Shown here: positions 1 through 10,147 of the stretch, one piece after another
How positions within the stretch are numbered: the stretch's first letter is position 1
Layout of the letters: each line of letters starts with the position of its first letter
Assembly (NCBI GenBank): GCA_934130085.1
Contig: CAKOXK010000002.1
Location: 97,049 to 161,048 of the forward strand
Source of the DNA: an uncultured Clostridia bacterium
GTDB taxonomy: Bacteria; Bacillota; Clostridia; TANB77; CAG-508
Length of the DNA: 64,000 bases
Direction of reading: 5' to 3'
Notes under the pieces: model-generated
Told to the model about the DNA's origin: nothing
What the model saw: only the letters and a program-made list of their open reading frames with translations
The model's database searches: none
Translations under genes and position numbers: made by a program

Positions 1-766
1 GTTTTTCATCTGGATTTGCCTTCATCATTGCACCATAAACCATTTTTACTTCTTCTGCTTTAGCTTCTGCAACTTTTTTAATTGCTTCTGCCTCTCCTGC
101 TGCTCTTCTAACTTTTGCTTCTCTTTCAGCATCTGCATGAAGAATTGCTGCATCCTTCTCGCCCTGTGCCTTTAATACAGCTGCTTGTCTTTCTCCTTCT
201 GCTTGCAATATTGCAGCTCTCTTATTTCTTTCTGCATTCATTTGCTTTTCCATTGCGTCTCTAATATCAGCTGGTGGAATAATATCTTGAACCTCAACCC
301 TGTCAATATCACAACCCCATCTTGTAGTTGCTTCATCAAGAATAGCTCTTAATTTATCATTAATTGTATCTCTTGCGCTAAATGTAGAATCTAAGTCCAT
401 TTTACCAACTAAGTCACGCATTGTGGTAACAGATAAATACTCAATACCCTTTTTTAAATTTTGAATTTCATATACTGCTTTTGCTGGGTCAACTATACGG
501 TAGAAAACAACCGTGTTTATTGTAATTGTGACATTATCTTTTGTGATAACTTGTTGTGGTGCTATATCAAGAGTTTGTTGCTTCAAACTAACAATACTAC
601 GTACATGATCTATAAATGGTATGATTATTGTAAGACCTGCATCAGCTACTTTGTGAAATTTGCCGAGTCTCTCAATAATGTATACTTCTGATTGTCTAAC
701 TATTTTAACACTCATTACTGCAAAAATTATTAGTAATGCTACTATTATTAATAAAATCCAAATCAT
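1..766 (-). CDS. SPFH/band-7 (stomatin/prohibitin-like) membrane protein; 3' end cut by window edge
   Basis: Minus-strand frame is open from the window edge to an ATG at 766-764, preceded by AGGAGG. The N-terminus has a TM segment 'MIWILLIIVALLIIFAV', then 'IVRQSEVYIIERLGKF...LDIAPQQVITKDNV' typical of the SPFH domain, then an A/E/K-rich coiled-coil tail. Confidence 0.75.
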   Translation of the reverse strand, partial: MIWILLIIVALLIIFAVMSVKIVRQSEVYIIERLGKFHKVADAGLTIIIPFIDHVRSIVSLKQQTLDIAPQQVITKDNVTITINTVVFYRIVDPAKAVYEIQNLKKGIEYLSVTTMRDLVGKMDLDSTFSARDTINDKLRAILDEATTRWGCDIDRVEVQDIIPPADIRDAMEKQMNAERNKRAAILQAEGERQAAVLKAQGEKDAAILHADAEREAKVRRAAGEAEAIKKVAEAKAEEVKMVYGAMMKANPDEK

Positions 767-870
767 TGGAATCCTCCTAAAAATTAATTAACTGTTTTCA
801 TTATAGCATACAAATTCCAAAAAATAAAGGTTTTTTAGTAAATTTACATAATATATTGATGTAATGTTTT

Positions 871-2163
871 TTAGTTTTCTTTCTTTTGAAACTCTGTAGT
901 ATCTATGTTTTCATCAGGAATAAAATATTTTGTATCTTTTCTTGCATCAGGCAAATACTGTTGCTCAACCCAATGATTTTTATAATCATGTGGATATTTA
1001 TAGCCAACATGGTAGCCTTCTTTTTCCATTCCTTTAGCTACAGCATTTCTAATATGCATTGGAATTGTTCCTGTATCATTACTTTCGACATCTTCTAAAG
1101 CCTTATTAATTGCCATATAACTTGCATTTGATTTTTTGGAATTTGCATTATATATTGCCGCTTCAGCAAGTATTATTCTAGCCTCTGGCATTCCAACCAT
1201 CTTTACCGCTTCCATCGCAGCATTTGCAACAACAAGCGCATTTGGATTTGCAAGACCTACATCCTCTGCAGCTGATATTACTATTCTTCTTGCTAAGAAC
1301 ATAGGATCTTCCCCTCCATTTAATGCTCTAGCTAAATAAAACACAGCGGCATCAGCATCAGAACCTCTCATAGATTTGATAAATGCACTTATATTGTCAT
1401 AATGAGCATCTCCATTCTTATCAAATACGGCTTTTCTTGTTTGAACACATTCTTTGGCTATTTCATCTGTAATCTCAATCACTCCATCAGAATTAGGAGG
1501 AGTTGTTAAAGTAGCAACCTCTAAACTATTCAATGCAGTTCTAACATCTCCATTTGAAACAATTGCAAGCTTTCTAAGAGTATCATCTGAAATTTTTACA
1601 TTAAACTCTTTTAAACCTTCTTCACTTTTCACTGCCCTTTTTAAAACAGCAAAAATATTATCAACACTCAAATTATGAAGCATAAATACCATGCTCCTTG
1701 AAATTAAAGCTTTATTAACCTCAAAATAAGGATTCTCCGTTGTTGCTCCAATTAATATAACCGTACCATTCTCAACATAAGGCAATAAAGCATCTTGTTG
1801 CAATTTATTAAAACGATGTATCTCATCAATAAACAAAATACATTTTCCGCTAGGATTCAAAAATGTATTCTTCGCTTCTTCTATTGCATTTTTTATATCT
1901 GAAACACCCGATGTTACAGCATTTAACCTAACAAATTTATACTTAGTTGTATTACTAATTACTCTTGCAAGCGAAGTTTTTCCACAACCTGGGGGACCCC
2001 ATAAAATTAAGCTAGATAATCTATCTGCTTTTATAGTTCTATATAAAATTTTATCTTTTCCTAAAATATCTTCCTGACCAACATATTCATCTAATGTTCT
2101 AGGCATCATTCTATAAGCTAAAGGCTCTGTTAAATCAACCATTATTCTATAAATCCTTTCCAC
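871..2163 (-). CDS. rarA: Replication-associated recombination protein A (RarA/MgsA AAA+ ATPase)
   Basis: 430-aa ORF with Walker A 'GPPGCGKTSLA', 'ILFIDEIHRFNK' and a RarA C-terminal domain. The N-terminus 'TEPLAYRMMPRTLDEYVGQEDIL' aligns with RarA starts; the true start may be the internal Met near 2142. Confidence 0.9.
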   Translation of the reverse strand: MERIYRIMVDLTEPLAYRMMPRTLDEYVGQEDILGKDKILYRTIKADRLSSLILWGPPGCGKTSLARVISNTTKYKFVRLNAVTSGVSDIKNAIEEAKNTFLNPSGKCILFIDEIHRFNKLQQDALLPYVENGTVILIGATTENPYFEVNKALISRSMVFMLHNLSVDNIFAVLKRAVKSEEGLKEFNVKISDDTLRKLAIVSNGDVRTALNSLEVATLTTPPNSDGVIEITDEIAKECVQTRKAVFDKNGDAHYDNISAFIKSMRGSDADAAVFYLARALNGGEDPMFLARRIVISAAEDVGLANPNALVVANAAMEAVKMVGMPEARIILAEAAIYNANSKKSNASYMAINKALEDVESNDTGTIPMHIRNAVAKGMEKEGYHVGYKYPHDYKNHWVEQQYLPDARKDTKYFIPDENIDTTEFQKKEN

Positions 2164-2166
2164 TTA

Positions 2167-2757
2167 CTAATTAGCTAATTCTTTTAATCCTTCTTTTATA
2201 AGCTCTTCAACTGATTTATCATTAGAAACAATTTTCTCAAAGGCCTTTTGTATAGACTTACGATTATAGCCAAGAACTTGCAATGCATCAATTGCATCTT
2301 GAACATTTTGACTTGAAATAGCCCTTGTCTCACTCTCTTCATTAGTAATTGCCTCATTTGTTTTAATCTTATCTTTTAGTTCTAGTATGATTCTTTGTGC
2401 AGTTTTAGCCCCTATACCCGGAAGTTTCTTAAGCTTTGATACATCCTCAGTAATAACTGATAAAGCAAAATCTGTTGGCTCTATATTTGATAATATTTGT
2501 GTTGCGGATTTAGCACCAATACCACCTACACTTATCAAAAGCTCAAACATCGTAAGCTCATCATTTGATAAAAAACCGAACAAACTTATATCATCTTCCT
2601 TCACTCTCATGTAAGTATACACTTTTACTATATCACCTATTTCAATCTGCTGAATTTCTTTTTCAGTCATAAAAATTTTAAAACCAATATTGTTTACATC
2701 TATCGCAATAAAATTATTTGCTTTAATTTTTACTTCGCCCTTTATATATGAAAACAT
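2167..2757 (-). CDS. ruvA: Holliday junction DNA helicase subunit RuvA
   Basis: 196 aa with an OB-fold N-terminus and tandem HhH motifs 'GIGAKSATQIL' and 'LPGIGAKTAQRIILEL'. It lies directly upstream of rarA on the same strand. Confidence 0.9.
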   Translation of the reverse strand: MFSYIKGEVKIKANNFIAIDVNNIGFKIFMTEKEIQQIEIGDIVKVYTYMRVKEDDISLFGFLSNDELTMFELLISVGGIGAKSATQILSNIEPTDFALSVITEDVSKLKKLPGIGAKTAQRIILELKDKIKTNEAITNEESETRAISSQNVQDAIDALQVLGYNRKSIQKAFEKIVSNDKSVEELIKEGLKELAN

Positions 2758-2914
2758 TTTAGCTCCTTCTTAGCTTATAGAATTCTTCTTTTTTTGTATA
2801 TGACGCATTTTATAACAAACATCTGTTTTTGTCAATATTTTTTTATATAATTTTTCACGCTCGAATATTCAACAGATTTCAATCAAGCTTACCAATCAGG
2901 ATTGCTAAAGGTTT

Positions 2915-3041
2915 AATATTATATTGCTCTCAAAGCCTTGTTCGTTTTTTTCTTCGTTAGACAAAAATTGACTGTCGGAAGAAAAAAACATTCGCGCTGC
3001 GCTTGATCGCTAACGCGGCTTTTCTCGAACAATATAATATT
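2915..3041. repeat. MITE/REP-like structured intergenic repeat, copy 1 (A orientation)
   Basis: Terminal inverted repeats 'aatattatattg...caatataatatt' extend to 'gttt.../...aaac'. The GC-rich interior has an 11-bp stem 'tttttttcttc/gaagaaaaaaa' and the conserved core 'cattcgcgctgcgcttgatcgctaacgcggc'. Homologous copies lie at 5479, 42872, 48647, 51042 and 55637. Confidence 0.85.
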
Positions 3042-3112
3042 AAACTCATAAAATTTGTATATTTATATTTTTATTGGAAATAGTATTATAAATTAATTTT
3101 TAGGAGGTTATT

Positions 3113-3322
3113 ATGGGAATTGAAAAACACATTCAAGTCACAGGTTCTTCAACAGTTTCTTGGAAAGATGCAATTATAAAAACTGTAGAAAAAGTTTCTC
3201 AAACTATTAATTATATCACTGCTATTAAAATTCTTGAGCAGCGTGCAAAAGTTACTGGAAATATAATGTCAGAATACTATGTTGATTTAGATATTACTTT
3301 TATGGTTGATCAAAATCAGTAA
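3113..3322 (+). CDS. Dodecin-family flavin-binding protein
   Basis: 69 aa preceded by the RBS 'taggagg'. The pattern 'IQVTGSST...AI...VE...I..I.A.KI.EQ....G.I..Y.VDLDITF' matches the dodecin fold consensus. Confidence 0.65.
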   Translation: MGIEKHIQVTGSSTVSWKDAIIKTVEKVSQTINYITAIKILEQRAKVTGNIMSEYYVDLDITFMVDQNQ

Positions 3323-3337
3323 AAGAAAGAAGGTTTT

Positions 3338-3781
3338 ATGGGTAAATCATCTACTCCGGTGGAGTATCAAGATTTTGTTAATAAAAAATCTCCTCCATCT
3401 AATGTTTTAAAAAACTGTTTTAATGCATTTGTTATCGGTGGTCTAATTTGTTCTATCGGACAACTAATTTATTTTTTCTGCAAATATAAAGGGCTTGATG
3501 ATATTTCTGCATCAACAGTCGTTTCAATTAGCTTAATTGGCATATCTGCATTTTTAACTTCTATAAATGTCTTTAATAAAATTGGTAAAATAGCTGGAGC
3601 AGGTTCTCTTGTACCTATTACCGGATTTGCAAATTCCATTGTAGCTCCTGCCATGGAATATAAGTCTGAAGGATATATTATGGGCGTTGGTGCAAAAATG
3701 TTTACTATTGCTGGACCTGTTCTTGTTTTTGGTATTTCAACATCCGTTATAGTCGGAATTATAGCTTGTTTGTTTCTTTAA
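3338..3781 (+). CDS. spoVAC: Stage V sporulation protein AC
   Basis: 147-aa polytopic membrane protein with 'GGLICSIGQ' and 'GSLVPITGFANS' motifs, first gene of a spoVAC-AD-AE run. Confidence 0.85.
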   Translation: MGKSSTPVEYQDFVNKKSPPSNVLKNCFNAFVIGGLICSIGQLIYFFCKYKGLDDISASTVVSISLIGISAFLTSINVFNKIGKIAGAGSLVPITGFANSIVAPAMEYKSEGYIMGVGAKMFTIAGPVLVFGISTSVIVGIIACLFL

Positions 3782-3871
3782 TACTGTTTCTAGAATTACT
3801 TTAATTTTTTTAATACCAGTTTAAGGCAATAAATAATAAAGCGATTATAAAAGAGAAAGGAATTTTATTTT

Positions 3872-4876
3872 ATGAAAAAAGTTGGAAAGCATACTTTGAA
3901 AATGGATAATTTCATCACTGTTTCTGAAACTGCCTCAGTTGTTGGGCCAAAGGAATCTAATGGTCCGCTTAAAGATTATTTTGATAAATGTATTGACGAC
4001 GAATTCTTTGGTGAAAAATCATGGGAAAAAGCTGAATGCAAATTTGTAAAAGAAGCTGTAAACTTGGTAATTACCAAATCCGGATTTGCCGCAGCTGATA
4101 TAGATTATGCTTTTGCTGGTGATTTGTTAAATCAATGTATATCTTCTGATTTTGCTTTTCGAGATTTGAAAATTCCATTCTTTGGAGTTTTTGGAGCATG
4201 TTCTACATTTGTGGAAAGTTTATGTTTAGCTTCAGTTTTCATGGATAGCATGGCTTTAAATCATGTACTTTGTGCCACTTCTAGTCATTTTTGTAGTGCT
4301 GAGAAACAATTCAGGTTCCCTCTTGAACTTGGCAATCAACGTACACCAACAAGTCAGTGGACTGTAACAGGTTCTGGAGCAGCAATTCTTTCTAAAGAAG
4401 GAGGCGGTCCTTTTGTAACATATATTACACCAGGGCTTATAACAGATTTAGGTATAAAAGATGCTAATAATATGGGAGCCGCAATGGCTCCAGCCGCCCT
4501 TTCAACATTGCTATCACATTTCAAAGATACAAAAAGAACCCCAGATTACTATGATGCAATTTTTACAGGTGATTTAGGTTATATTGGAAAAGATATTTTA
4601 ATAGAACTTGCCGCTGAACACGGGTATGATATTTCAAAAAGATACAATGATTGCGGTGTTTTAATGTTTGATAAAGAAAAGCAAGACACACTTGCAGGTG
4701 GAAGTGGTTGTGCATGTATTGCAACAACATTTTCTGGCTATATTTATAAAATGCTTAAAGACAAAAAATTAAAAAAAGTTTTGCTCATCGCAACAGGTGC
4801 ATTAATGAATGCAACATCATCTCAGCAAGGTGAAACAATCCCTGGTATTGCCCATGCAATATCAATTGAAGTTTAA
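3872..4876 (+). CDS. spoVAD: Stage V sporulation protein AD (thiolase-fold)
   Basis: 334 aa with 'VGPKE..GPL', 'GACSTF' and 'AGGSGCACIATT' motifs typical of SpoVAD. Confidence 0.9.
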   Translation: MKKVGKHTLKMDNFITVSETASVVGPKESNGPLKDYFDKCIDDEFFGEKSWEKAECKFVKEAVNLVITKSGFAAADIDYAFAGDLLNQCISSDFAFRDLKIPFFGVFGACSTFVESLCLASVFMDSMALNHVLCATSSHFCSAEKQFRFPLELGNQRTPTSQWTVTGSGAAILSKEGGGPFVTYITPGLITDLGIKDANNMGAAMAPAALSTLLSHFKDTKRTPDYYDAIFTGDLGYIGKDILIELAAEHGYDISKRYNDCGVLMFDKEKQDTLAGGSGCACIATTFSGYIYKMLKDKKLKKVLLIATGALMNATSSQQGETIPGIAHAISIEV

Positions 4877-5054
4877 AGCTTAAATTTTAGTACTTTAAGA
4901 TTTAAATTTCAAAGTTCAAAATATATAAGGCTTGAATTTCAAACAATAAAATATAGTGGTATAAGACTTAAAATTCAAAATATAAGAGCATAAGTAAAAA
5001 AACGATCTTTAAGATTAAAATTTCAAAAATCAATGTTTAAGAATAGAGGTTTTT

Positions 5055-5447
5055 ATGGAAAGTTATTTAAAATCAATTAACTGGCAGACGATGTTATTTG
5101 CATTTTTAGTTGGAGGAATCCTTTGTGTAATTGGTCAAATTTTAATAGATAAAACAAAACTTACTCCAGCAAGAATTCTTGTGATTTATGTAACAACCGG
5201 TGTTATTTTAGGAGCTCTTGGAATATACAAAAAATTAGTTGACATTGCAGGATGTGGAGCAACGGTTCCCTTAACTGGCTTCGGCTATAATTTGGCCAAA
5301 GGAACAATGGAAGCAGTAAAGGAACAGGGATTACTTGGAGCATTTATAGGTGGGGTCAAATCCTCTGCAGGTGGAATTGCAGCTGCTGTATTCTTCGGAT
5401 ATATTGCATCTCTTTTAGCGAAACCAAAAATCAAGAGTACAAAATAA
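5055..5447 (+). CDS. spoVAE: Stage V sporulation protein AE (SpoVAEb-type)
   Basis: 130-aa membrane protein with 'GGILCVIGQ' and 'GATVPLTGFG' motifs, paralogous to SpoVAC, immediately downstream of spoVAD. Confidence 0.85.
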   Translation: MESYLKSINWQTMLFAFLVGGILCVIGQILIDKTKLTPARILVIYVTTGVILGALGIYKKLVDIAGCGATVPLTGFGYNLAKGTMEAVKEQGLLGAFIGGVKSSAGGIAAAVFFGYIASLLAKPKIKSTK

Positions 5448-5478
5448 GACTACAAAATACTGATTACAAAAAAGATTT

Positions 5479-5603
5479 AATATTATGTTGTTCTCGAAGC
5501 CTTGTTCGTTTTTTTCTTCGTTAGTCAAACTTAACTTGCGGAAGAAAAAAACATTCGCGCTACGCTTGATCGCTAACGCGGCTTTTTCGAACAATATAAT
5601 ATT
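5479..5603. repeat. MITE/REP-like structured repeat, copy 2 (A orientation)
   Basis: Same TIRs and core as copy 1 ('...cattcgcgctacgcttgatcgctaacgcggc...'), with stem 'tttttttcttc/gaagaaaaaaa'. It sits between the convergent spoVAE and rplS 3' ends. Confidence 0.85.
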
Positions 5604-5801
5604 AAATCTTTTTATTTTAAAATCTTTATTTATTTTAAAATCTTTATTTATTTCAATATCCATATTAAAATAAATTTTTAGAATTATAATATTAATCCTC
5701 TAATGATTATATATTTAAATTCTAAGCATCAAAACATAACTATGCCAAAAAAAGAATATATATGCAATTATACTTAGCACATATATCCTTTTTTACATAC
5801 A

Positions 5802-6281
5802 TTATTCAGCTTTTGGAGCTTCTTCTTTAACTTCAGCATTTTCTACTGGAGTTTCAGCTGTTTCGTCTGCTGCTTTTACTTCTTCTACCTTTTCAGGAAT
5901 TTCTTCTTTGATAATGATATCATCTCTATTTAAGTTAGCTCCGATATCTTCCTTTGTCTTAGAAGCTTTTCCTACTCTATCTCTTAAATAATATAATTTA
6001 GCTCTTCTAACCTTTCCTACTCTTATTACTTCGATTTTTTCAACTAGTGGAGAGTGTAATAAGAATGTTTTTTCAACTCCTACTCCATAAGCTACTCTTC
6101 TAACAGTGAATGTTTCATTTAATCCACCATTTTGTTTTTTGATAATGATTCCTTCAAATACTTGGATTCTTTCTCTGTTTCCTTCTTTAATTCTTTGATG
6201 AACTCTTACTGTATCACCAACTTTAATATCAGGAACTTTGTTTTTTAATTGTTCATGTTCAATTGAATTAATAATATCCAT
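5802..6281 (-). CDS. rplS: 50S ribosomal protein L19 with ~40-aa acidic E/K/A-rich C-terminal extension
   Basis: The L19 core '[21 protein letters not shown]' is followed by a low-complexity tail '[34 protein letters not shown]'. Its start overlaps the trmD stop (ATGA). Confidence 0.9.
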   Translation of the reverse strand: MDIINSIEHEQLKNKVPDIKVGDTVRVHQRIKEGNRERIQVFEGIIIKKQNGGLNETFTVRRVAYGVGVEKTFLLHSPLVEKIEVIRVGKVRRAKLYYLRDRVGKASKTKEDIGANLNRDDIIIKEEIPEKVEEVKAADETAETPVENAEVKEEAPKAE

Positions 6282-6982
6282 TATTTGACTCCTTTCTTAA
6301 TACTTTTTATTTGATCTTCATTTAAAAGATCTTTTCTTTTTTTTAATGTTTCAATTAACGATTGTTCTTGTCTCCACTTTTCAATTTCTTGGTGATTACC
6401 AGATGTTAAAACCTCTGGTACTTTTTCGCCTTCAAATTCAAGTGGTCTTGTATATTGAGGATACTCAAGTAAATTGTTTGAAAATGACTCCTCATCAGTA
6501 GAGCCTTCACTTAAAACTCCTTTAACATATCTTGATACAGAATCTATTAAAATCATTGCTGGAAGCTCTCCACCTGTAAGCACATAATCTCCAACTGAAA
6601 TTTCCTCATCTACAATTTTATCAAGAACTCTTTGGTCTATTCCTTCATAATGCCCACATAATAAAACTAAATGTTTTTCTTTAGAAAGATTTTTCACAAT
6701 TTGTTGATTTAAAGTTTTTCCTTTAGGCGTTAAATATATAACTTTAGCATTTTCTTTATCATTTATAGAATTATATGCATTATATACAACATCAGCCTTC
6801 ATTATCATTCCGGCTCCACCACCATAAGGTGTATCATCAACATGCTTGTGCTTATCTTTTGAGAAATCTCTTATATTTATTAAATTTAAATCAATTAACT
6901 TATTGTTGATAGCTCTTCCAATTATGCTTTCTTTAATTGCTGAAAACATTTCTGGGAAGAGTGTAAGTACATCAATCTTCAC
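6281..6982 (-). CDS. trmD: tRNA (guanine37-N1)-methyltransferase
   Basis: 233 aa starting '[13 protein letters not shown]', with SPOUT motifs 'PYGGGAGM' and '[13 protein letters not shown]'. Confidence 0.92.
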   Translation of the reverse strand: MKIDVLTLFPEMFSAIKESIIGRAINNKLIDLNLINIRDFSKDKHKHVDDTPYGGGAGMIMKADVVYNAYNSINDKENAKVIYLTPKGKTLNQQIVKNLSKEKHLVLLCGHYEGIDQRVLDKIVDEEISVGDYVLTGGELPAMILIDSVSRYVKGVLSEGSTDEESFSNNLLEYPQYTRPLEFEGEKVPEVLTSGNHQEIEKWRQEQSLIETLKKRKDLLNEDQIKSIKKGVK

Positions 6983-7028
6983 TAAAAATATATCCTTTCT
7001 CCATAAGATAAATAATCTATATACAATT

Positions 7029-7502
7029 TTATATAAGTCCTTTTATTATATGCACTATTATCTTTTGATTCTCGATATCGATTTTCTTGATTACATCTGG
7101 TATTGCTGGAAGTAAAATATTGTTAACCTGGTAGATATCATTGGCACCAGTATTAAATATATCATCTAACTTACCAAGAAGTTTTCCCTCATCAGTGTAA
7201 ACATCTAGTCCAATTAAGTCTTCTATATAATACTCTCCTTCTTTTAATTTAGGCAAATCTACTCTATCAATCTCAATCTCTTTGTTTTTAAAATCTTCAA
7301 CCAAATTGATATCATCTAACCCTTTGATTTTAATTATAACAACATTTTTTTGATTTCTTGATTTTGATAATGTGTATTCCTTGTTGTCAATATAAATTTT
7401 TGAAAGTTCATCAATATAATCAACATAAGGATATACTTTAAGTTCACCTTTAATTCCGAAGGTATTTACAATTTTACCAATCTTAATTCTTTCTTCTTTC
7501 AT
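7029..7502 (-). CDS. rimM: 16S rRNA processing protein RimM
   Basis: 157 aa with 'IGKIVNTFGIKGELKV' and a PRC-barrel C-terminus, positioned between the rpsP/KH gene and trmD. Confidence 0.85.
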   Translation of the reverse strand: MKEERIKIGKIVNTFGIKGELKVYPYVDYIDELSKIYIDNKEYTLSKSRNQKNVVIIKIKGLDDINLVEDFKNKEIEIDRVDLPKLKEGEYYIEDLIGLDVYTDEGKLLGKLDDIFNTGANDIYQVNNILLPAIPDVIKKIDIENQKIIVHIIKGLI

Positions 7503-7511
7503 TGCACTCCA

Positions 7512-7742
7512 CTAATCTTCAAATTCAATATCGACTTTCTTTTGCTCTTTTGCAGCAATAGACTTCATTAGCACTCTTATTGAATTAGCAATTTTTCCTT
7601 GTTTACCAATAATTTTACCCATTTCATCTTTGCTAACTTTTACTTTGAAGATTGTTACATCTTCTTTTTCTTCTTTAGAAATTGAAATAGCTTCCTTATT
7701 ATTAACAAGCCCTTCAATAATAGTTTTTAGAATTTCTTCCAT
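7512..7742 (-). CDS. KH-domain RNA-binding protein (YlqC family)
   Basis: 76 aa with 'MGKIIGKQGKIANSIR' (KH GXXG loop), in the conserved position between rpsP and rimM. Confidence 0.8.
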   Translation of the reverse strand: MEEILKTIIEGLVNNKEAISISKEEKEDVTIFKVKVSKDEMGKIIGKQGKIANSIRVLMKSIAAKEQKKVDIEFED

Positions 7743-7769
7743 TTTGCTTTCCTTCCAAATACTTGCTAA

Positions 7770-8003
7770 TTACTCAGCTTTCTTTATTAGAGCTTTTACT
7801 GTATCAGTTGGTTGAGCTCCATTCTTAATCCATGTATTAACTTTTTCTTTGTCAAGAACTATTGTTGCAGGATTTGTCATTGGATCATAAGTACCGATTT
7901 GCTCGATAATTTTTCCATCTCTAGCATTTCTTGAATCAGCTACAACGATGTGATAGAAAGGTGCTTTTTTAGCTCCTGCTCTTCTTAATCTAATCTTTAC
8001 CAT
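7770..8003 (-). CDS. rpsP: 30S ribosomal protein S16
   Basis: '[30 protein letters not shown]' is canonical S16. The ORF track begins 3 codons upstream, and the start overlaps the ffh 3' end. Confidence 0.92.
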   Translation of the reverse strand: MVKIRLRRAGAKKAPFYHIVVADSRNARDGKIIEQIGTYDPMTNPATIVLDKEKVNTWIKNGAQPTDTVKALIKKAE

Positions 8004-9366
8004 ATTTTTCACCCCCTTCTTCTATTATTTTATCAAGATTCATATTTTTCATCATTTTCTTCATTTGAGGATTCATCTTGCCATTCTTCATTTTCTTCAT
8101 CATGTCTTGAGTCATCTCAAATGATTTCATGAATTTATTTATTTCTGAAACTTGTGTACCACTTCCATTTGCTATTCTAATTCTCCTTGAAGCATTGAGA
8201 ATTTTAGGGTTTATTCTCTCTGCATTTGTCATTGAAGAAATAATAGCTTCTATTTTTGAAAACTCATTATCATCAACCTGAACATTGTATTGACTCATTC
8301 CTGGAATCATTTTAAGTAATGATGATAAAGGTCCCATCTTCTTAACTTGCTTTATTTGAGCTAAATAGTCATTTAAATCAAGATCTTTATTTTTTTGTAA
8401 TTTCTTTTCAAGCTTTTCAGCTTCTTCCATATCAAACTTTTCTTCGGCTTGTTCGATTATTGATAAAACATCTCCCATGCCTAATATTCTTGATGCCATT
8501 CTATCAGGATGAAACTCTTCTAACTCATTAAGCTTTTCACCTGTACCAATAAATTTGATTGGCTTTCCTGTTACACTTTTTATTGATATTGCAGCACCAC
8601 CACGAGTATCACCATCAAGCTTTGTAAGAATAACTCCATCAATTCCTAAATCGGAATTAAACTTTGTTGCAATATTAACTGATTCTTGACCAATCATTGA
8701 ATCAACTACAAGTAAGATCTCATGAGGCTTTAAATTGGTTTTTAGATTCTTAAGCTCTTGCATAAGAGGTTCATCAATTTGCAGACGACCTGCTGTATCA
8801 AGAATAATAACATCATTTAATTTTGATATAGCTTGCTCTTTTGCTTGTTTTGCAATTTTCACAACATCTTTTTCATTCTCGCTAGCATAGACTGGAATTG
8901 AAAGTTCTGCACCAACTACTTGAAGTTGCTTTATAGCAGCAGGACGATAAACATCACATGCAACAAGTAATGGCTTCTTACCTTGCTTTCTAAGAAGGTT
9001 GGCAAGCTTTCCAGCAGTTGTTGTTTTACCAGAACCTTGCAAACCAACAAGCATTATAACTGTTGGTGGGTTTGGAGTAAATGCAATTTTGCTATCAGTT
9101 CCACCTAATAAATTAACAAGCTCATCTTTAACAATTTTAATAACCTGTTGACCTGGTGTAAGAGATTTTAAAACATCTTGGCCAAGAGCTTTATCATGAA
9201 TATTATTAATAAACTCTTTAACTACTTTGTAGTTTACATCAGCTTCAAGAAGTGCAAGCTTGACCTCTCTTAACATATCATTAAGATCTGATTCTGTAAT
9301 TCTAGCTTTTCCTCTAAGCTTTCTTGTAAAAGCTTGAAGCTTTTCTGATAACCCCTCAAAAGCCAT
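7990..9366 (-). CDS. ffh: Signal recognition particle protein Ffh
   Basis: 458 aa with an N-domain, the SRP GTPase motifs '[10 protein letters not shown]', 'DTAGR' and 'TKLDGD', and a Met-rich M-domain C-terminus. Confidence 0.95.
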   Translation of the reverse strand: MAFEGLSEKLQAFTRKLRGKARITESDLNDMLREVKLALLEADVNYKVVKEFINNIHDKALGQDVLKSLTPGQQVIKIVKDELVNLLGGTDSKIAFTPNPPTVIMLVGLQGSGKTTTAGKLANLLRKQGKKPLLVACDVYRPAAIKQLQVVGAELSIPVYASENEKDVVKIAKQAKEQAISKLNDVIILDTAGRLQIDEPLMQELKNLKTNLKPHEILLVVDSMIGQESVNIATKFNSDLGIDGVILTKLDGDTRGGAAISIKSVTGKPIKFIGTGEKLNELEEFHPDRMASRILGMGDVLSIIEQAEEKFDMEEAEKLEKKLQKNKDLDLNDYLAQIKQVKKMGPLSSLLKMIPGMSQYNVQVDDNEFSKIEAIISSMTNAERINPKILNASRRIRIANGSGTQVSEINKFMKSFEMTQDMMKKMKNGKMNPQMKKMMKNMNLDKIIEEGGEKYGKD

Positions 9367-9507
9367 CTAAAATCTCCTCCTCTGGTTTATTTAGCATTTT
9401 TCATCTTTCTTTATTCTGTTCTGATTTTGCTTATACTTTTTTTGCCCTTTATTTGAAATTTGCCTACAATCTGTTTGATTATTGTTCTGCCTTTTATTCA
9501 AATTCAC

Positions 9508-9861
9508 TTACGCAATTAAGTTAAGGTCTTTTTGAACTTCACTTAATATTTTCTCAATTTTTTTATCAGATGAAGAATCTTCAATCTTGCTTAACTTTGA
9601 AAGTATTAATTGAATAGTCTTTTCATTTTCTTGTGACTTTTTCATAATATGTAAAATCTTCTCGTACTCGAAAAGTTTTGCTTCTCCTTTCTTGATTATG
9701 TCATTCACAGCCTGCCTTGAAACATTTGTTAAATCAGCAATCTCTGAAAGAGATAAATCATCATTATAATAATAATTCAAGACCTTGTTTTGTTTATCAG
9801 TTAGAAGCTCACCATATATTTGCCACAATATACTTACCTCTATATGTTTCTCCATAATCAA
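9508..9861 (-). CDS. ylxM: UPF0122/YlxM putative helix-turn-helix protein (ffh operon leader gene)
   Basis: 117 aa containing 'LSLSEIADLTNVSRQAVNDIIKKGEAKL', a sigma-70 region-4-like HTH, located immediately upstream of ffh. Confidence 0.8.
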   Translation of the reverse strand: MIMEKHIEVSILWQIYGELLTDKQNKVLNYYYNDDLSLSEIADLTNVSRQAVNDIIKKGEAKLFEYEKILHIMKKSQENEKTIQLILSKLSKIEDSSSDKKIEKILSEVQKDLNLIA

Positions 9862-10147
9862 CTCTCCTAAAATGCTTTAAATTTTGTGCCTAAACTAATA
9901 ATTAGATTTGATACTAATTTATTTGTATTTGAGTCATACTACTCATCATAGCACACAAAAAACTAAAGCCTTATATGTAAAGCATATTTACTTTACACCT
10001 TTTTTGAAGAAAAGTCAAGAGAATTTGAGGAATTTACAGAATTTATAGAATAGAATTGCATTTGACTTTTACTTGACGATTTATTTACTTTTTTCAAATG
10101 GAATTTATATTTTTAACTTAAAACCCATTTTATTCGCATCATATTTC

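Noticed and set aside
4880-5040. Possible CRISPR or other regular repeat array in the spoVAD-spoVAE intergenic region, and tandem 'ttttaaaatctttattta' at 5608-5650, 'aatttctagat' at 13730-13790
   Set aside because: Units are short (10-20 bp), irregular and AT-rich with no conserved repeat/spacer periodicity. No cas genes are present. They read as simple low-complexity tandem repeats.
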